64,000 bases of DNA from a virus: positions 11,627 to 75,626 of IMG/VR virus record IMGVR_UViG_3300027747_001390; one strand, 5' to 3'. The notes below the pieces were generated by a model. The model was not told the DNA's origin, did no database searches, and saw only the letters and a program-made list of their open reading frames with translations. Position numbers and translations under genes: made by a program. Below, one piece after another: positions 45,561-53,577 of this stretch; the stretch's first letter is position 1; each line of letters opens with the position of its first letter.

Positions 45561-46005
45561 GCAGTCAACAGCCCTAAACGCGGCGTGGCTCCGAATCATA
45601 ACCAGCGCAGCGTCTGGCCTAAATCATAAGTCCACCTACCAGAGGCCAATGGTTCGCCGAATTCACGAAGAGTTTATCGGAGCGTGCGGAGAGCTTGCGG
45701 TCGCCAAGTCTGCGGGCGTGTTCTTCCTGCCAAGCGTGAACACGTTCCACCGCGTTCCAGACTTCCTGAGCGACTACGAGGTGCGAAGCACCGACCTGCC
45801 TGACGGCAGTCTTATAGTCAGGGACAACGACTCCGACGACAGGCGATACATCTTGGCGACTGTGGTTGACGACGTGGTAAATCTGGTGGGCTGGATTAAA
45901 GGCGAAGACGCCAAGAAGCACGATTGGCTTCGCGATCCCGGCAACCGCCGCCCCTCGTGGTTCGTCCCACAAGACCAACTGAGGCCTATCGAGGAGGTGC
46001 TGTGA
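45532..46005 (+). CDS. restriction-endonuclease-like conserved phage protein
   Basis: GACGELAVAK, PDF...EVRST, LVGWI. Confidence 0.55.
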   Translation: MRTITLTLPEQSTALNAAWLRIITSAASGLNHKSTYQRPMVRRIHEEFIGACGELAVAKSAGVFFLPSVNTFHRVPDFLSDYEVRSTDLPDGSLIVRDNDSDDRRYILATVVDDVVNLVGWIKGEDAKKHDWLRDPGNRRPSWFVPQDQLRPIEEVL

Positions 46006-46156
46006 CGTGGGATCAATAACAACACGTGAGACTTGGCCCCCTGAGCCTCCTAATAAACCTCCCAAACACTGGGAGTGGCAGATCGTTGACGGCGTCAAAA
46101 AACTCGTCCCGATCAAGAAAAAAACTACTTGACGTTAGTACGGAAGTGATTACCTT

Positions 46157-46561
46157 ATGCGAGCGTTCACTACGACGGTTCGGCAGCTAAGCCTCATCGA
46201 TGCAGAGTGCATCATCACGAGGCTGACGAAGCCGAAGTCGGAGTTTCAGATCGAGGTCACAGAAAAGACTTCGACGACTCCGGTGGCGATCGTGAGAACG
46301 GATCAGGAGAGAGTGGCGGCATGGACGGCAACGCACTTCTGGCGAGGAATGCAGACGCTGGAGGGATTCACGGATTTATCTCTTCGGCGTCGCGGCTTTG
46401 CTCGTGTTGCAGCGAGTCTGCTCATCGCCGACTGCTCCATCGATCCACGCGAGACACTGGCAGTCTTCTCACCGCAGTGCGTTTCGATCGCAACTGCGTT
46501 GGGTTGTAGGGACGTTCGATTGTTCGAGCGTCAGGGTAAGGAGTGGGTTCGGAATTCATAG
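46157..46561 (+). CDS. GNAT-like protein
   Basis: LEGFTDLSLRRRGFAR (acetyl-CoA-binding motif A-like). Confidence 0.55.
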   Translation: MRAFTTTVRQLSLIDAECIITRLTKPKSEFQIEVTEKTSTTPVAIVRTDQERVAAWTATHFWRGMQTLEGFTDLSLRRRGFARVAASLLIADCSIDPRETLAVFSPQCVSIATALGCRDVRLFERQGKEWVRNS

Positions 46562-46577
46562 AAGCCAAGGAGGGCTT

Positions 46578-46952
46578 ATGTTTTTTTTGCTGTTGATTGC
46601 GTTGATGGGCGATTGCACGAATCTGACTGAGTCGGAGTCGCAGGTCGTCGTAGAGACGAACTCTGCCCGTGCTGAGGCCGGTCTTCCGCCTCTGGTCATC
46701 GACTGCCGTTTGATGGGTCGCGCTCGTCGTCACGCCGCTCGCATGGCGAACGAGGGTTTCTTCGCGCACTCAAGTGGTGCGACAGAGAACATCGCTACTG
46801 GTCAACCTCACGCTGCTGCTGTGGTTCGCACGTGGCTAAACAGTCCCGGTCATCGGGCGAACATCCTCAGCCGTAGCAGCACTCGCATCGGAGTCGCTGG
46901 CTTCGTCGGCCGAGACGGAAAAACTTACTGGGTGCAGCAGTTCGCGCCCTGA
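46578..46952 (+). CDS. secreted CAP/SCP domain protein
   Basis: Signal peptide; NSARAEAGLPPL, ENIATG, WLNSPGHRANIL, YWVQQF. Confidence 0.9.
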   Translation: MFFLLLIALMGDCTNLTESESQVVVETNSARAEAGLPPLVIDCRLMGRARRHAARMANEGFFAHSSGATENIATGQPHAAAVVRTWLNSPGHRANILSRSSTRIGVAGFVGRDGKTYWVQQFAP

Positions 46953-47057
46953 TCGTCCCCTCCGGTGGTCCTGCCGTCGCTTCGTCGGGTAGGCGAGGCG
47001 GCGGTGGGCCACTCTGGAAAGCACACATGATCTTTTCTTTTTTCTGGAGGTGGATTC

Positions 47058-47429
47058 GTGGACAAGGAAGTCAAGTACATCAAGAACCGGCTCGACATGA
47101 CGACTCAGGACGCGACGGAGATGTTCGAGTACCTCAAGTTGAACTGGAGTTCGGCAAGAGTGTCGGACATGGCGACGCACCTCAAGCTGTCGCCAACGAC
47201 AGTCCGAAGCATCGCTCGAAAAATAAATCTCGGCCCAAGGCCCGAAAGGGCATCGCATCTCGACCCAAGTCTCGACGAGATAAAGCGTCGCGCGGCAGCG
47301 ATCCGAAAGACGTGGAGTCACGAGGAGAAGGCGAGAAGAGACCTTCTCGGAAGAAGCGAGGCCGGGGTGGGCCGTCGAGTGGTTAGTCTTGGCATCGAAG
47401 CACCTTCTTTTTCGAGGAACTGGCTATGA
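47058..47429 (+). CDS. GcrA-like HTH protein A
   Basis: W...MATHLKLSPTTVRSIARKINL; PSLDEIKRR...WSHEEKARR. Confidence 0.5.
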   Translation: MDKEVKYIKNRLDMTTQDATEMFEYLKLNWSSARVSDMATHLKLSPTTVRSIARKINLGPRPERASHLDPSLDEIKRRAAAIRKTWSHEEKARRDLLGRSEAGVGRRVVSLGIEAPSFSRNWL

Positions 47430-48019
47430 CTATCGTTGAGTTCTGGCTGACTGAGCCTGTGCTGAGCGGCATCAATCGTCTGGAGAGCAAGTCTCTGGCG
47501 GTGGACGTCGGCGCGAACGTCGGGACGTGGGCTGCGACGCTGTGTCAGATGTTCGACGAGGTTCTTGCCTTCGAGCCAGACGAGCGAAACTACTCGCAGA
47601 TTCCAGCCGCCGAGAACCTCACTGTCGTCAGGGCGGCTGTGTCTGACCAGACTGGCGAGACTCCGTTCTTCGTTCGCTCGTCGTCTGGGCACAACTCGAT
47701 CCTCGAAGTGCATCCGATCGGCGGCGAGGGCATGGCTCCCGTCCCTGTCGTCGAAGAGAAGACCGTCTCGTGCTTCTCTCTGGACGACGCGTGCGGCAAC
47801 GGTGCCGACTTCGTAAAGATCGACATCGAGGGGGGCGAGGTGCTGGCTCTTCAGGGGATCGTTGACGTCCTGAAATGGTCTCGCACTTTGTTTGTCATCG
47901 AGTGTCACGACACTTTCCATGACGTCGAGCGTGAGCTTGCTCGCCTTGGCAAGCGAGTCACTCGCATTCCGCACCCGCTCGTATCGCACCCCGGTCACTG
48001 TTGGGCAATCGGCGAATGA
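47426..48019 (+). CDS. FkbM-family methyltransferase
   Basis: VDVGANVG, AFEPD, DFVKIDIEGGE, VIECH. Confidence 0.9.
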   Translation: MTIVEFWLTEPVLSGINRLESKSLAVDVGANVGTWAATLCQMFDEVLAFEPDERNYSQIPAAENLTVVRAAVSDQTGETPFFVRSSSGHNSILEVHPIGGEGMAPVPVVEEKTVSCFSLDDACGNGADFVKIDIEGGEVLALQGIVDVLKWSRTLFVIECHDTFHDVERELARLGKRVTRIPHPLVSHPGHCWAIGE

Positions 48020-48681
48020 TCCTAGTCTCGCAGTCGTACACGCCACAGTCTGAGCATCGAACCCGAGAGCTTCAGAAGGTGCGACTGCACAACGAGACTT
48101 CAGGCCTGTTCGATCGCGTCGAGTACCTAGACGCTGGAGATCGAACGATCTCTTTCAGTGAGCTTCACGAGTATTGCGTCTCGAAGCACCGTGGGCAGTG
48201 GTGCGTGATCGCCAACAGCGACATCACGTTCAACGCGACGGCCTATATGATCAAAGGCCTGAGCAAGGCGGGCAGGCTCGTGGCATTGACTCGATGGGAT
48301 AGCCACTACGGCCCACGCTTCATAGGTCAGCAGCATGAAGACAAGTTCTTCAGTGGCTCTCAGGACTCGTGGGCTTTTCTGGCGGGATCGCTGCCTCCCC
48401 TGACGATCGACATACCGCTCGCCGTCATGGGTTGCGACCAAGTGATAGTCGGTTGGGCGTGCATGGGGGGCATTGAGGTCATCAATCCTGCCCTGACGAT
48501 CAAGACGACTCACGTCCACGAGTTGGACGACCGGCCAGCCGACAGACCGGCTGCGTCTGGATTCTTTGGCTACCCGCATCTCACGACGATGCACACGAGC
48601 GGAGAGGTTCTCTGCCACGAGTGGCCTCGCGGTGACGGCGAATGGGAATACGAATGGCAACTATATCGCTACGCGAAATAG
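48016..48681 (+). CDS. glycosyltransferase-like protein
   Basis: IANSDITF, ALTRWD, SQDSWAF, GCDQ, INPA...HVH. Confidence 0.6.
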   Translation: MILVSQSYTPQSEHRTRELQKVRLHNETSGLFDRVEYLDAGDRTISFSELHEYCVSKHRGQWCVIANSDITFNATAYMIKGLSKAGRLVALTRWDSHYGPRFIGQQHEDKFFSGSQDSWAFLAGSLPPLTIDIPLAVMGCDQVIVGWACMGGIEVINPALTIKTTHVHELDDRPADRPAASGFFGYPHLTTMHTSGEVLCHEWPRGDGEWEYEWQLYRYAK

Positions 48682-49634
48682 AGCAGCACCACCCGGACCT
48701 GTTGCTGCCACCGGACGAGGAGTTCGCGAACTACTACGGCGAGTTCGCTGACGTCGGGCTCGAACGAGCCAAGTCTCTCAGGGTGGCGTTCGTGGCGATC
48801 TGCCGCAACGCGATGCCGTTCCTGCCTTTCACGATGCAATACGTGAAGTCTGCCGGGGAGTGCTTCGAGGACTACAAGGTCTTCATCTACGAGAACGACT
48901 CGAACGATGGCACGAAAGACTTTTTGTCTCAGTGGTCAGACGGCTCACGCAACTTCTGCTCGCTGAAAGACAACGGCAGGCCTCACCTGAACTCGACCAA
49001 GCACGAGTCGAGAACGCTCGCTCTGGCCGAGTACCGCAACGCGTGCAGGCGGTGGGTGGACGGCGACTCGATGGACTTTGACTACGTGGTCGTGTTCGAC
49101 ACAGACCCGTGGGGAGGGTTCAGCGTCGGAGGAATAATGAACACGATCGGACGGATGGAGGGTCGCAGCCATCTCTGGACGTCTGGCATGGCGAGCTACT
49201 CGTGGTGCGAATGGGGTCCGCCGGTCTGGTCGAGGCCGACTCTGTGCCAGTACGACGCTTGGGCCTGTCGCTGGACTGGATGGAAAGAACGTAAGGATAT
49301 GCTCTGGTTCCATCTCTGGCACCCGCCTGTCGGGTCGCCGCCCGTGAAGATGAACAGTGCCTTCGGTCAGCTTGCCGTCTACCGGGAGAAGAGCTTCCTG
49401 ATGGGCGTTTACAGGGGCGACGACTGCGAACACGTGAGCTTTCACAGGACGATGGGGGGCGATCTCTATTTGAACCCTGCTATGCGATGCGTTTCGTTTT
49501 GGATTCCAGAGGAGGGGGCAAGGATGCCCGATGGCTCGATCGACGACGGTAATTTGCACGACGACCTTCACGGCGTTGTGGATCGCGGGGACGCCGACCC
49601 GGATCATCAGTCAGACGCTGAAAATCTCGGCTGA
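48654..49634 (+). CDS. GT-A fold glycosyltransferase (CAP59/GT2-like)
   Basis: AICRN, IYENDSNDGT, LAEYRN, VVVFDTD, NSAFGQLAVY, DCEHV. Confidence 0.8.
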   Translation: MATISLREIEQHHPDLLLPPDEEFANYYGEFADVGLERAKSLRVAFVAICRNAMPFLPFTMQYVKSAGECFEDYKVFIYENDSNDGTKDFLSQWSDGSRNFCSLKDNGRPHLNSTKHESRTLALAEYRNACRRWVDGDSMDFDYVVVFDTDPWGGFSVGGIMNTIGRMEGRSHLWTSGMASYSWCEWGPPVWSRPTLCQYDAWACRWTGWKERKDMLWFHLWHPPVGSPPVKMNSAFGQLAVYREKSFLMGVYRGDDCEHVSFHRTMGGDLYLNPAMRCVSFWIPEEGARMPDGSIDDGNLHDDLHGVVDRGDADPDHQSDAENLG

Positions 49635-49929
49635 CCGCTGCGACACGACTCGCAAACAGCTTGGACTCGCGAGACGCGAGTCTTGGCACGGCTCGAAGAC
49701 CGGCCACAGAAAGGCGTATCTGCCGAGTGAGTCCGAGATCAGGCAGAAGTGCCTTGAGTTTCAGGCGGGCTGGACAGACGAAGAACGCGAGCGTCGTCGA
49801 GTCGGTGGAGTCGTCAAGCACGTCCCATACGAGGCTCCAGTCGTTCCGGAGAGCCTGTTCCGATTTTCTGACGACGACGAGTCGGGTCCGCAGACTTATC
49901 TGGAAGGTCTGATCGATACTTCCGGGTGA
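49531..49929 (+). CDS. GcrA-like HTH protein B (paralogue of 47058)
   Basis: LW...ISQTLKIS...RKQLGL; PSESEIRQK...WTDEERERR. Confidence 0.5.
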   Translation: MARSTTVICTTTFTALWIAGTPTRIISQTLKISADRCDTTRKQLGLARRESWHGSKTGHRKAYLPSESEIRQKCLEFQAGWTDEERERRRVGGVVKHVPYEAPVVPESLFRFSDDDESGPQTYLEGLIDTSG

Positions 49930-49957
49930 TCGCTGTCGCTTGCTAGGCTGAAAAGGT

Positions 49958-50179
49958 ATGGGCCAACTCCACGTTTACGCGAGGCTTTTCCTCGCCGCTG
50001 GCGACGACCGGGCACGGGCTCAAGTGTTCGCTGAGGCGGTGGAGTGGCTCGAACACACGGCTGAGACGACGATCGAAAAAGGCCTAAAAACCCGTATTTT
50101 TGCGATTCTTTGCACCCGCGAGGGTGAAGACTTTCTCCGCTGGGTGACCGCGAATGACGCTGAAAACGGCCACTCTTGA
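49958..50179 (+). CDS. hypothetical protein
   Basis: ORF in operon context. Confidence 0.45.
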   Translation: MGQLHVYARLFLAAGDDRARAQVFAEAVEWLEHTAETTIEKGLKTRIFAILCTREGEDFLRWVTANDAENGHS

Positions 50180-50516
50180 TCGAGTTATGTCTGGGATGCT
50201 GATCTCCGACAGGCTCTGGCTCAAGAGCATCTACGAATCCACGCGAGACGTCGTCAAGGCCGACGGTCTCGTTTGCGATCCGACCATCGTCACGATCAGC
50301 GACTGGCTGAAAATCCATCGATCCATCCAGAGGTTCATCTGGTCTGGCCTCTGTACCGTCTGCCCCGGAATCTATCCGGACCTGATTGCAGCGATTGACA
50401 GGGAAATTGCCCTGTCTCTGGAGTCTTGCGACGGGAATGTCACGCCAAGCGTGCGACAGAAGCTTGTCGCGGCCCTCGACCGCGTGGCTTGGACGGGCCT
50501 TGGAGGTGACGAGTAA
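50154..50516 (+). CDS. hypothetical protein
   Basis: ORF coupled to the next gene. Confidence 0.5.
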   Translation: MTLKTATLDRVMSGMLISDRLWLKSIYESTRDVVKADGLVCDPTIVTISDWLKIHRSIQRFIWSGLCTVCPGIYPDLIAAIDREIALSLESCDGNVTPSVRQKLVAALDRVAWTGLGGDE

Positions 50517-50887
50517 TGGTCGCCGACTCTGCCATCATCGCCGCCAACGACGCTCCGGGCCTTGCCGAGAAGGTGAAGGCCTACGTGCAGCGTGCCAAGG
50601 AGCTTGCCTCCGACGGGCTAAGCGTGGCGGACTTCGCTGAACTGGCGACGTCGCTCTTGAGACTTGTTGTGTCGGCTCTTGACTCGATCCCGGCCGACGG
50701 CGAGCAGAAGAAGCTATGGGCAGTTGCGGCTGTCGCGACCCTGTTTGACGCCGTCGCTGACAAGTGCGTTCCGATCTATTTCGTCCCCTTTTGGGTTGTC
50801 TTCCGGCCGACCGTTCGAGCGATTGTCCTGCTCGCTGCCGGGGGCGTAGTCCAGTCTCTTCTACCGATCGTGAGGGCCACAAAGTGA
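50516..50887 (+). CDS. membrane-associated protein (holin-like candidate)
   Basis: GEQKK motif followed by a hydrophobic C-terminus. Confidence 0.45.
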   Translation: MVADSAIIAANDAPGLAEKVKAYVQRAKELASDGLSVADFAELATSLLRLVVSALDSIPADGEQKKLWAVAAVATLFDAVADKCVPIYFVPFWVVFRPTVRAIVLLAAGGVVQSLLPIVRATK

Positions 50888-51150
50888 TCTTCCTGCTCAT
50901 CATCGCCGCCGCCGTGGCTCTCCTGATGTGGCCTGAGACGAAGGCTTCCGCTCCCAAGTCAGTGCCGCTTCCGTCGGTCGACGTGCCTGCGATTCCGCAG
51001 CCGCCAAAGACTCCTAGCTACAGAAGTGCTATCGAGAGTCTCGCGTCCGTCCGGAGTCGCTTGGTTGCGACTGGGAACCTCGACGAAAAGGCGACTGCGG
51101 CAATCAATGAACTCACTCTGTGTCTTGTGGCTGGGAGCGATAAGGAATGA
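50884..51150 (+). CDS. N-terminally anchored Pro-rich protein
   Basis: Transmembrane helix then Pro linker. Confidence 0.55.
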   Translation: MIFLLIIAAAVALLMWPETKASAPKSVPLPSVDVPAIPQPPKTPSYRSAIESLASVRSRLVATGNLDEKATAAINELTLCLVAGSDKE

Positions 51151-51614
51151 CGACTCTTCAACGGCAGATCGCAGCGGGGTGCCTCGTAGCACTCGCGTTG
51201 CTCGTGTGGGCCTTTGATCGCGGCAGCGACGACGCTGCACCGAATCCCGGTCCAGTTCCTCCGGCGGGACTCGTTCTTCGCGGCCTGTTCATCGGGCAGA
51301 ACGCCTCGTCGGACGCACAAATGCTTTCAGCCCTCACCGCAGAAGTCGGCGACTGCATCGAATACGACGGCACGAGGCCTGATCCTCGCTTGAAGACTGG
51401 CGTCGCGTTTGACGACCTTCGCATTGCTGCTCGCGAGGCACGTTTGCGTGGCGAGAGTCTTGGTGCCCGCCAGCCGAAGGTCAAGGAAGCGATTCACGCC
51501 TACCTCGACGAGGCCGTTGGTACATCTGGCGGACCTGTGACTCCTGCGGATCGAGCCAAGTGGGTCGCCGCAATGCGAGACATCTCAAGGGCTTGTTCCG
51601 ATGCCGCGAAGTAG
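51147..51614 (+). CDS. membrane-anchored exported protein
   Basis: Transmembrane helix plus PNPGPVPP linker. Confidence 0.6.
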   Translation: MTTLQRQIAAGCLVALALLVWAFDRGSDDAAPNPGPVPPAGLVLRGLFIGQNASSDAQMLSALTAEVGDCIEYDGTRPDPRLKTGVAFDDLRIAAREARLRGESLGARQPKVKEAIHAYLDEAVGTSGGPVTPADRAKWVAAMRDISRACSDAAK

Positions 51615-52704
51615 AATCACAATCTCGGCTCTCGTCACTGTGATCGTCGTGTCGTTCCTCGGCGCGCTCGTGCAGTTGGCGACGTTCCGTCTGGCTAATC
51701 ACCTTGAGAACAATTTCGGCTACCAGCCAAACCCGGCTGGTCTGAGAGAGTTCTTAGGTGAACTCAAGGAGCCGACGTTCGCTCAGGCTGGGGCCGACGC
51801 GGTGAAGAAGGCGAAGGGGAAGGACGTGTACCTTTATCGGTACGCTGATCAGGCTCACCGCAAAGTGTATGGGACGCCGTTCACTGCGTGGAATCAGGGC
51901 TCTGCGGGAACTTGTGTCAGTTTTGGGTGGGCTGTGTCGGCGTATTTCGGACAAGCGACGGATCACGCGACCGGCGAGCTACCAAATCCTCCTCTCGAAG
52001 TCGACACGTCCGGAATTTACGGCGGAAGTAGAACGGCGGGAAGAAATCCACCCGTAACCTTCGCCGGGTATTCAGATGGAAGCTTTGGGGCGGCGGCGGC
52101 GAGGTGGGTCTCTGGCAAGTGCAAGCAGCCCGGCGTAGGCGGAATTCTTTACAAGAAAAAGTACGGAAGCGTTGACCTCACTGAGTATTCGATTCCACGT
52201 TCTCGTGAGTGGGGAGCGAACGGCGTGCCGCTCGATCTCGCAAAGGAAGCCAATAAGCACACGGCTCGTGCGGTGGCTCAAGTCTCGACGTGGGAAGAAC
52301 TGAGCGCGGCACTGGAGTCAGGTTTTTGCGTGCCTATTTGCTCGAACGTGGGCTTCGCTGCGACGAACGTAAGAGACGAGGACGGATTTTTACCAAGGGG
52401 CGGGCAGTGGAGTCATTGCATGACTCTGGTATCGATTCGGCACGCTGCCAACGCTGCCACGAACGGCATGAAGCGACCTCGCGATGGTGCTTTGTGTCTC
52501 AATTCTTGGGGAACCCGGTGGGTCTCCGGTTCAAAGCTCCCCGCTGATCAGCCTGACGGGAGCTTCTGGATTGAGAGAAAAGACGTCGAATTAATTTTGA
52601 GTCAAGGCGATTCCTTTGCGATCGGCGGTGTCAACGGCTTCGCGTACAGAGACTTGGATCACGGCGGATGGCTGCAACCGGGGGCAAATGATGAAAGCAA
52701 CTGA
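51601..52704 (+). CDS. membrane-anchored papain-like (C1) cysteine peptidase
   Basis: NQGSAGTCVSFG (oxyanion Q, catalytic C), WSHCM (H), LNSWG (N). Confidence 0.8.
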   Translation: MPRSRITISALVTVIVVSFLGALVQLATFRLANHLENNFGYQPNPAGLREFLGELKEPTFAQAGADAVKKAKGKDVYLYRYADQAHRKVYGTPFTAWNQGSAGTCVSFGWAVSAYFGQATDHATGELPNPPLEVDTSGIYGGSRTAGRNPPVTFAGYSDGSFGAAAARWVSGKCKQPGVGGILYKKKYGSVDLTEYSIPRSREWGANGVPLDLAKEANKHTARAVAQVSTWEELSAALESGFCVPICSNVGFAATNVRDEDGFLPRGGQWSHCMTLVSIRHAANAATNGMKRPRDGALCLNSWGTRWVSGSKLPADQPDGSFWIERKDVELILSQGDSFAIGGVNGFAYRDLDHGGWLQPGANDESN

Positions 52705-52954
52705 ACGTAACATTGTCATCGCTGGTCTCGTCTGCCTCGCCATCGGCTGGTGGCTCGCGTCATCGCCAGCGTCTCCGATCAGGCCTGTGCCTCCCCGGCC
52801 GGATCGCCCCGTTCTCAAGCTACTCGCACGAGTCGCGAAGGGTTTTCTCTGGGTGATGATGGTCGCCGAGCGATCGCCACAGGAAGCCAACATCGTTCAC
52901 GCTCGAATCGACGCCGACGGTCACCAAGTCCTGAACCACGGTCAGGGGTGGTGA
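52688..52954 (+). CDS. two-transmembrane protein
   Basis: Two hydrophobic segments around PRPDRPVL. Confidence 0.55.
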   Translation: MMKATERNIVIAGLVCLAIGWWLASSPASPIRPVPPRPDRPVLKLLARVAKGFLWVMMVAERSPQEANIVHARIDADGHQVLNHGQGW

Positions 52955-52955
52955 C

Positions 52956-53093
52956 GTGAAAGAAAATATCTACAGCATCAACAACCAAGAGTTTCGCTTC
53001 CCGGTCCCGTGGTGGACTTACGTGGTCGCGTTGATCATCGCCCCTTTCTCTCTGTTCGTGGCTGCGGCGTGGTGTTTGGAGGTGAACAAATGA
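52956..53093 (+). CDS. small membrane protein
   Basis: 45 aa, one transmembrane-like segment; translated by hand. Confidence 0.4.
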   Translation: MKENIYSINNQEFRFPVPWWTYVVALIIAPFSLFVAAAWCLEVNK

Positions 53094-53224
53094 CCGCACT
53101 CTGGGCTTGGATCACCGCACTCCTGACGTCCCTGTCTTCGGACCCTCACGCAATGAACGTCGAGGCTCCGAAGGCTGCTGCCGCAGTGTCAGTCGCCTAC
53201 GCCTCCTTCGCAGTGGAGAAGTGA
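53090..53224 (+). CDS. small exported protein
   Basis: GGAGGT RBS; MTALWAWITALL... Confidence 0.45.
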   Translation: MTALWAWITALLTSLSSDPHAMNVEAPKAAAAVSVAYASFAVEK

Positions 53225-53225
53225 C

Positions 53226-53576
53226 TTGGCTGACTACGCCCTCCTACCGCAAAACTTAAATTTGTCCTTCATAAGAGGGGACGAATTCTGGTTCACGGTC
53301 GACGCGGACATAAGTCTCGTGGGCTATTCGTTCTCGTCTTCGATCTACAAGGTGACGAGCGTCGTTAACGGCGTGATCACAGGGACTCAAGAGGTAGCTC
53401 AGTTCACGATCACGCCTGTCGATCTCGCTGCCGGGAAGCTCAACCTGTCTCTTCAAGAGAATCAGACTGCCGCTCTCAGTACCACCGACACGCTGCGATG
53501 GTACTTCCGTTGGGTTGGGCCGGGCGTCGTGACTCGCACTGTGCTGTCTGGCAAGCTGACGCCGGGGGACGCGTGA
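53226..53576 (+). CDS. fibre adaptor protein A
   Basis: LPQNLNLSFIRGDEF...GKLNLSL..NQTAAL...TRTVLSG; paralogue of 59928. Confidence 0.55.
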   Translation: MADYALLPQNLNLSFIRGDEFWFTVDADISLVGYSFSSSIYKVTSVVNGVITGTQEVAQFTITPVDLAAGKLNLSLQENQTAALSTTDTLRWYFRWVGPGVVTRTVLSGKLTPGDA

Positions 53577-53577
53577 C

